Below, one piece after another: positions 43,545-47,917 of a stretch of 47,917 nt of DNA. The position numbers were made by a program, and so were the translations under genes. This DNA is from Bacteroidota bacterium (GTDB lineage Bacteria; Bacteroidota; Bacteroidia; UKL13-3): positions 1 to 47,917 of the forward strand of contig CANLLM010000005.1 in the NCBI GenBank assembly GCA_947491825.1, written 5' to 3'. Each line of letters begins with the position of its first letter. Position 1 is the first letter of the stretch. The notes below the pieces were generated by a model, which worked only from the letters and a program-made list of their open reading frames with translations, was not told the origin of the DNA and made no database searches.

Positions 43545-44712
43545 TTTTTTTGCAATGCCAAAACAACTTATTTTTAACTGCATCTTGAGTAAAAAATAAA
43601 TAATCGTCTCCCCCATCTTCAAGATTGAAGCTTTTTCTTATTTCATCAACGCTATTCACAAAATTACGGGCAGAAACATTTGCCCTAGTAATGCTATGTT
43701 GTTTTATATATTGTTTAATGCCACTCTTATTAAAAAAGGAATGATTAACCACAATGAAACACCTGCCGAAATATCCATCTATAAATGCGCCTGTAGCGTA
43801 ATGACTGTTTTTTGCCACTAAGCTTAAACCACAACACTTAGCATAATCACCACTAAGTCCAGCCTTTATAATCATATTTGATGGCTCATAAAAAAAATGA
43901 TTACTAATACTACTTACCGGTATAAACGGGTTGGTGTTAGGAGAAAAATTAAACTCCACCTTTCCATCCTCATTCACCTGAACTGCTTCAATATTGCTAA
44001 TATCCGTATTGGCTTGGCTGTTTAGTAATACTAATATTTCTTTCACTTCATTTTTAAACCCAACAACAATCAATCGTTTGACATGATCAAATGTTTTAAA
44101 TAAATATACAATATCAACCATTGGCGATAATTTCAGTAGCACCTCAGCACCCTGGCGTACCAAAGCGGGGGCAACATCTAGCACATTTGGAGTCGCACCA
44201 ATTAATGAAAATGTTTTGGTTGAACCTGAAGAACGTCTATCTGAATCAATATAGTAAGCATCTGCTTTAATTGGATTATCAATCAAAAATGCTTCAGCAG
44301 TGGCATCTACCCTAGTTACATTATGAATATTAATTCTTTCATAATTATGCCTGACTATACTATTTAAAGTTGGATCAACATCAACCCCGATAACCCGATT
44401 GAAGGTGGCTGAAAAAGCAACATCATCAACGCCTAGTCCTGCACTTAAATCAACCAATAATTTACCTTGAAGCAAAGAGGCTTTAAATTTTGCCAAAGGA
44501 ATTGAACTAGACTGCTCCAAACTTTTTTTAGTAAAAAAACAACCCTGGGAAACCCATTCCGGCAACTTTTTTTTTGACTTCTCAATTAACGCTAGTTGCT
44601 CTGCTACAAAGGGAGTGCAATCGCCATAATTCTTTTTAAGAAACATTATGAGCTGTGTCTTGTTGTATAGTTTTGTATACTCATTTAACTTTTCAATGTT
44701 TAAATCTTGCAT
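43534..44712 (-). CDS. Class I SAM-dependent methyltransferase with a THUMP-like C-terminus
   Basis: SLEQSSS, VDLSAGLGVD SAM motif, LKLSPMVD, YEP..IIKAG. Start at 44712 or 44745. Confidence 0.8.
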   Translation of the reverse strand: MQDLNIEKLNEYTKLYNKTQLIMFLKKNYGDCTPFVAEQLALIEKSKKKLPEWVSQGCFFTKKSLEQSSSIPLAKFKASLLQGKLLVDLSAGLGVDDVAFSATFNRVIGVDVDPTLNSIVRHNYERINIHNVTRVDATAEAFLIDNPIKADAYYIDSDRRSSGSTKTFSLIGATPNVLDVAPALVRQGAEVLLKLSPMVDIVYLFKTFDHVKRLIVVGFKNEVKEILVLLNSQANTDISNIEAVQVNEDGKVEFNFSPNTNPFIPVSSISNHFFYEPSNMIIKAGLSGDYAKCCGLSLVAKNSHYATGAFIDGYFGRCFIVVNHSFFNKSGIKQYIKQHSITRANVSARNFVNSVDEIRKSFNLEDGGDDYLFFTQDAVKNKLFWHCKKINL

Positions 44713-44757
44713 ACATTGAATAATATTTACATAACTTTGTATCATTCTATATTTTAT

Positions 44758-44868
44758 ATGAAAAAAGTAATAATTATTGCAGCCCTAGCTTTCGTCTTGG
44801 TTAGCTTAACATCTTGTAAAGGTTCTTGCCCAAAATTTAGTATTGATTGGGTAAGCTTTTGCAACTAA
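44758..44868 (+). CDS. Unannotated 36-aa lipoprotein
   Basis: MKKVIIIAALAFVLVSLTS-CKGSCPKFSIDWVSFCN*, with TAACTTTG promoter at 44732-44739. Confidence 0.65.
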   Translation: MKKVIIIAALAFVLVSLTSCKGSCPKFSIDWVSFCN

Positions 44869-45266
44869 ACGTAGTTAAATACAACATGCTGTTTAAGTTC
44901 CGGGTTTAACGAAAGTGCAACTGGGCAGTTTAAAGCAGCATGTTCTAACTCCGTTTTGTATTTTAATGCAGTTTCAGGTAAACAAAATACTACAACTATC
45001 TTAGCCACTTTTCTTGGGCTAGTGGTCATTTTTTTTGTTACTTCTATTTTAGTTCCTATCAAATTAACATCAAGTTTCTCGGCTTCAATACCCATAATGG
45101 TCATCATACATTGAGCTAATGATGTGGCTAGCAAGTCCGTTGGAGAAAATGCTTCTCCTTTACCCTGATTGTCTATAGGTGCATCTGTTATTATTACACT
45201 TTCGCTTATCATGTGTTTGGCTTGCGTGCGCAAACCACCTAAATAAATAACCTCCGAAGTATACAT
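44865..45266 (-). CDS. OsmC/Ohr-family protein
   Basis: TDAP.DNQGKGEAFSPTDL, two conserved cysteines (AQC, NCPV). Confidence 0.9.
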   Translation of the reverse strand: MYTSEVIYLGGLRTQAKHMISESVIITDAPIDNQGKGEAFSPTDLLATSLAQCMMTIMGIEAEKLDVNLIGTKIEVTKKMTTSPRKVAKIVVVFCLPETALKYKTELEHAALNCPVALSLNPELKQHVVFNYV

Positions 45267-45295
45267 ATTTTTTTTATTTTTGAATTTTCAAATAT

Positions 45296-46063
45296 ATGCG
45301 CATGAGTGTTGTTGCCAAATTATGTAGTGTAGTTTTTATGCTAACAGCTTTAAATGCTTTGGCACAAAACGACTTAATTACAGAACCAACATTGCTATAC
45401 AGGAAACGTATTCAATATGGCGCAAATTTAAATAGCTCAAGTTTAGGTGGTATTAATTTAAAATACCAATGGCAAAAGACAGCGCTCCTAAAAAACGGAT
45501 TTGATTTGGAATTAGCACGTATTCGACATCCAAAAGAAGAACGTGTTTATGGTCAATCTGATAATCCAAAACAATACACTCCAGGAAGAATTAACATGGC
45601 ATTTTTCCTTCGCACTGGATATGGTCAAAATATATTTATCACCACCCGTGATTATAAAAACTCTGTTTCTTTGCACTACAACTATTCGTTTGGCATTACC
45701 ACTGCTTTATTAAAACCAATTTATATTGATGTTTTTAAACTATCACAAGATCCATTTGGACAAGATTATATTGCCACAGAAAAATACGAACCCGTAAATA
45801 CGCACACTACTCCTTATACCATATATGGAAATGCTACCTTTACGCGTGGATTTGATGAAATGACCGCACGTATTGGTGGACATTTCAAAAATAGCTTGTC
45901 AGTTGAGTGGGGCGATTACCCGGATGCATTTAACAGTTTAGAGGCCGGATTTTGTATTGATTTATTTGCTCAACCGCTACCATTGATGGCAGATGCATTG
46001 GCAAAGAACAAACAATTATACATTACTTTATATTTAGGATTTAATTTCGGACAGAACAGATAA
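45296..46063 (+). CDS. Hypothetical outer membrane protein
   Basis: Signal peptide, RHPKE motif, amphipathic strands, C-terminal YLGFNFG. Confidence 0.65.
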   Translation: MRMSVVAKLCSVVFMLTALNALAQNDLITEPTLLYRKRIQYGANLNSSSLGGINLKYQWQKTALLKNGFDLELARIRHPKEERVYGQSDNPKQYTPGRINMAFFLRTGYGQNIFITTRDYKNSVSLHYNYSFGITTALLKPIYIDVFKLSQDPFGQDYIATEKYEPVNTHTTPYTIYGNATFTRGFDEMTARIGGHFKNSLSVEWGDYPDAFNSLEAGFCIDLFAQPLPLMADALAKNKQLYITLYLGFNFGQNR

Positions 46064-46065
46064 AC

Positions 46066-46935
46066 ATGATAGAATTACCAACTTTAGCAGAAGAACGTAT
46101 TAAAAAACCATCTTGGTTAAAAGTAAAATTACCGACAGGCGAGAACTTCCGCAATGTAAGAAAGATTGTAGATGAATATAAATTGCATACCATTTGCGAG
46201 AGTGGAAGTTGCCCTAACATGGGCGAATGCTGGGGAGCAGGAACTGCTACCTTTATGATTCTTGGTAATGTATGTACACGCAGCTGCAGTTTTTGTGCAG
46301 TAGCTACCGGTCGTGCCCAAGATTACGATTTATCTGAGCCCTTGCGCGTTGCAGAAGCCATTAAATTAATGGGGGTAAAACACGCGGTAATTACCTCAGT
46401 GAATCGTGATGAATTAAAAGATAAAGGAGCCAAAGTATGGGCTGATACCATCAGGTTGGTAAAAGAGCTGAACCCAAGCACAACAATAGAAACACTTATT
46501 CCTGACTTTTTATCTAAGTGGGATTTATTGTATGAGGTGATCGATGAAAAACCCGAAGTTGTTTCTCACAATATGGAAACAGTGAAAAGACTTTATCGTA
46601 AAGTTCGACCACAAGCAAAGTATGAACGCAGTTTAGAGCAGATTTTAAAAACAAAAGAACGCGGCCGCAGAACTAAATCTGGTATTATGTTGGGTTTAGG
46701 AGAAACCAAAGAAGAAGTGCTTGAAGTTTTACAAGACTTAAAAGATTGGGGTTGTGATGTGGTTACCTTAGGTCAATACCTACAACCAACTAAAATGCAC
46801 TTAAATGTGGAACGTTTTGTTACTCCTGAAGAATTTGACTATTACAAAGATGCAGGCCTAAATATAGGCCTTAAATATGTAGAGTCGGGGCCGTTGGTTC
46901 GTTCTTCATACCATGCAGAAAAACACTTGTTATAA
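46066..46935 (+). CDS. lipA: Lipoyl synthase
   Basis: [24 protein letters not shown]. Confidence 0.98.
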   Translation: MIELPTLAEERIKKPSWLKVKLPTGENFRNVRKIVDEYKLHTICESGSCPNMGECWGAGTATFMILGNVCTRSCSFCAVATGRAQDYDLSEPLRVAEAIKLMGVKHAVITSVNRDELKDKGAKVWADTIRLVKELNPSTTIETLIPDFLSKWDLLYEVIDEKPEVVSHNMETVKRLYRKVRPQAKYERSLEQILKTKERGRRTKSGIMLGLGETKEEVLEVLQDLKDWGCDVVTLGQYLQPTKMHLNVERFVTPEEFDYYKDAGLNIGLKYVESGPLVRSSYHAEKHLL

Positions 46936-46956
46936 ATCAATAAAGTCGAATATTTT

Positions 46957-46990
46957 AAAAGCGCCCTGATATAAATATCAGGGCGCTTTT
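46957..46990 (+). terminator. Intrinsic terminator after lipA
   Basis: AAAAGCGCCCTGATAT-aa-ATATCAGGGCGCTTTT. Confidence 0.9.
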
Positions 46991-47351
46991 GCTTTTAACA
47001 GAATTTTCATTTTGTAACAAACTGCAAACAAAAAATACGTTACAACTATTATAAATACAATTCATTATTACAATTATTACTTGACGTTTCTGTGACTGAC
47101 ATCAAACAATAACAGGAAATAATGGTAAAATTTTTGATTAGTAAAAACCTAATTACAGGATGAGAATTACTTTTAAAGTTGAGCATCGTAAATTATCACA
47201 AACCAACAAGTTTGTGACCATGTTCCATTTTTATTTAGGATAGGGTTTATATGGATAATAAAGCCTCAGTTTCAAGACAGAATTGGAGCTTTGTATTTTG
47301 TAGAATTAACCCAATTACTTCCATTACTTTTATTAGCTTTGTTTGGTTACT

Positions 47352-47917
47352 ATGACATTTAAATTAACATCGGAATATGTGCCAAGTGGCGATCAACCTA
47401 CAGCTATCAAACAACTAGTTGAGGGAGTCAATAATGGCAATAAATACCAAACTTTATTAGGGGTTACAGGATCGGGTAAAACATTTACCATGGCCAATAT
47501 TATTCAGCAAGTGCAAAAGCCTACTTTAATTGTGAGCCATAACAAAACTTTGGTGGCGCAATTATATGGAGAGTTTAAGCAGTTTTTCCCGGAAAATGCG
47601 GTGGAGTATTTCGTTTCTTATTACGACTATTATCAACCCGAAGCCTTTATTCCTTCTAGCAATACATACATAGAAAAAGACTTGGCAATTAATCAGGAAA
47701 TAGAAAAATTACGTTTGAAAACTACGTCTTCACTGCTATCAGGACGTAGAGATGTGATTGTTCTTGCATCGGTAAGTTGCATTTATGGAGCGGGAAATCC
47801 TAAAGATTACGAAAGCAGCATTATTCGCCTTCACGAATCACAAAAGATTTCGCGCAATACTATTTTATATGCATTAGTAGATTCCCTTTATTCTAGAACA
47901 ACAGCGGACTTTAACCG
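47352..47917 (+). CDS. uvrB: Excinuclease ABC subunit B (3'-truncated by the window edge)
   Basis: Own translation: [16 protein letters not shown]...[10 protein letters not shown]...[10 protein letters not shown]...[13 protein letters not shown]. Confidence 0.97.
   Translation, partial: MTFKLTSEYVPSGDQPTAIKQLVEGVNNGNKYQTLLGVTGSGKTFTMANIIQQVQKPTLIVSHNKTLVAQLYGEFKQFFPENAVEYFVSYYDYYQPEAFIPSSNTYIEKDLAINQEIEKLRLKTTSSLLSGRRDVIVLASVSCIYGAGNPKDYESSIIRLHESQKISRNTILYALVDSLYSRTTADFN

Overview
Core-genome segment of an AT-rich Bacteroidota bacterium. The assignment rests on TAnnTTTG -7 promoters, A-rich start regions without Shine-Dalgarno (SD) sequences, and the Bacteroidota-type xerC-hpf-tRNA-tuf gene order. 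It carries xerC, hpf, five tRNAs, tuf-secE-nusG-rplKAJL-rpoBC, carA, eno, an ftsB-like gene, accC, dnaK, panB, rpsU, purB, sppA, lipA and the 5' part of uvrB, plus several envelope or unknown genes. I see no CRISPR array, prophage, IS element or defence island. The most striking anomaly is three short tandem duplications inside rpoC (30 bp, in frame), dnaK (98 bp, frameshift) and panB (55 bp, frameshift). Their copies differ only at synonymous positions, which most likely reflects uncollapsed joins between strain haplotypes in a metagenomic assembly. Other leads: a sigma54-like dnaK promoter with repeated upstream boxes, a strong SD on rpsU, an unannotated 36-aa lipoprotein, a surface lipoprotein plus DUF5723-like barrel pair, and a probable ~31.5-kb inversion separating rpsU from xerC. 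I cannot claim a clearly novel system from sequence alone.
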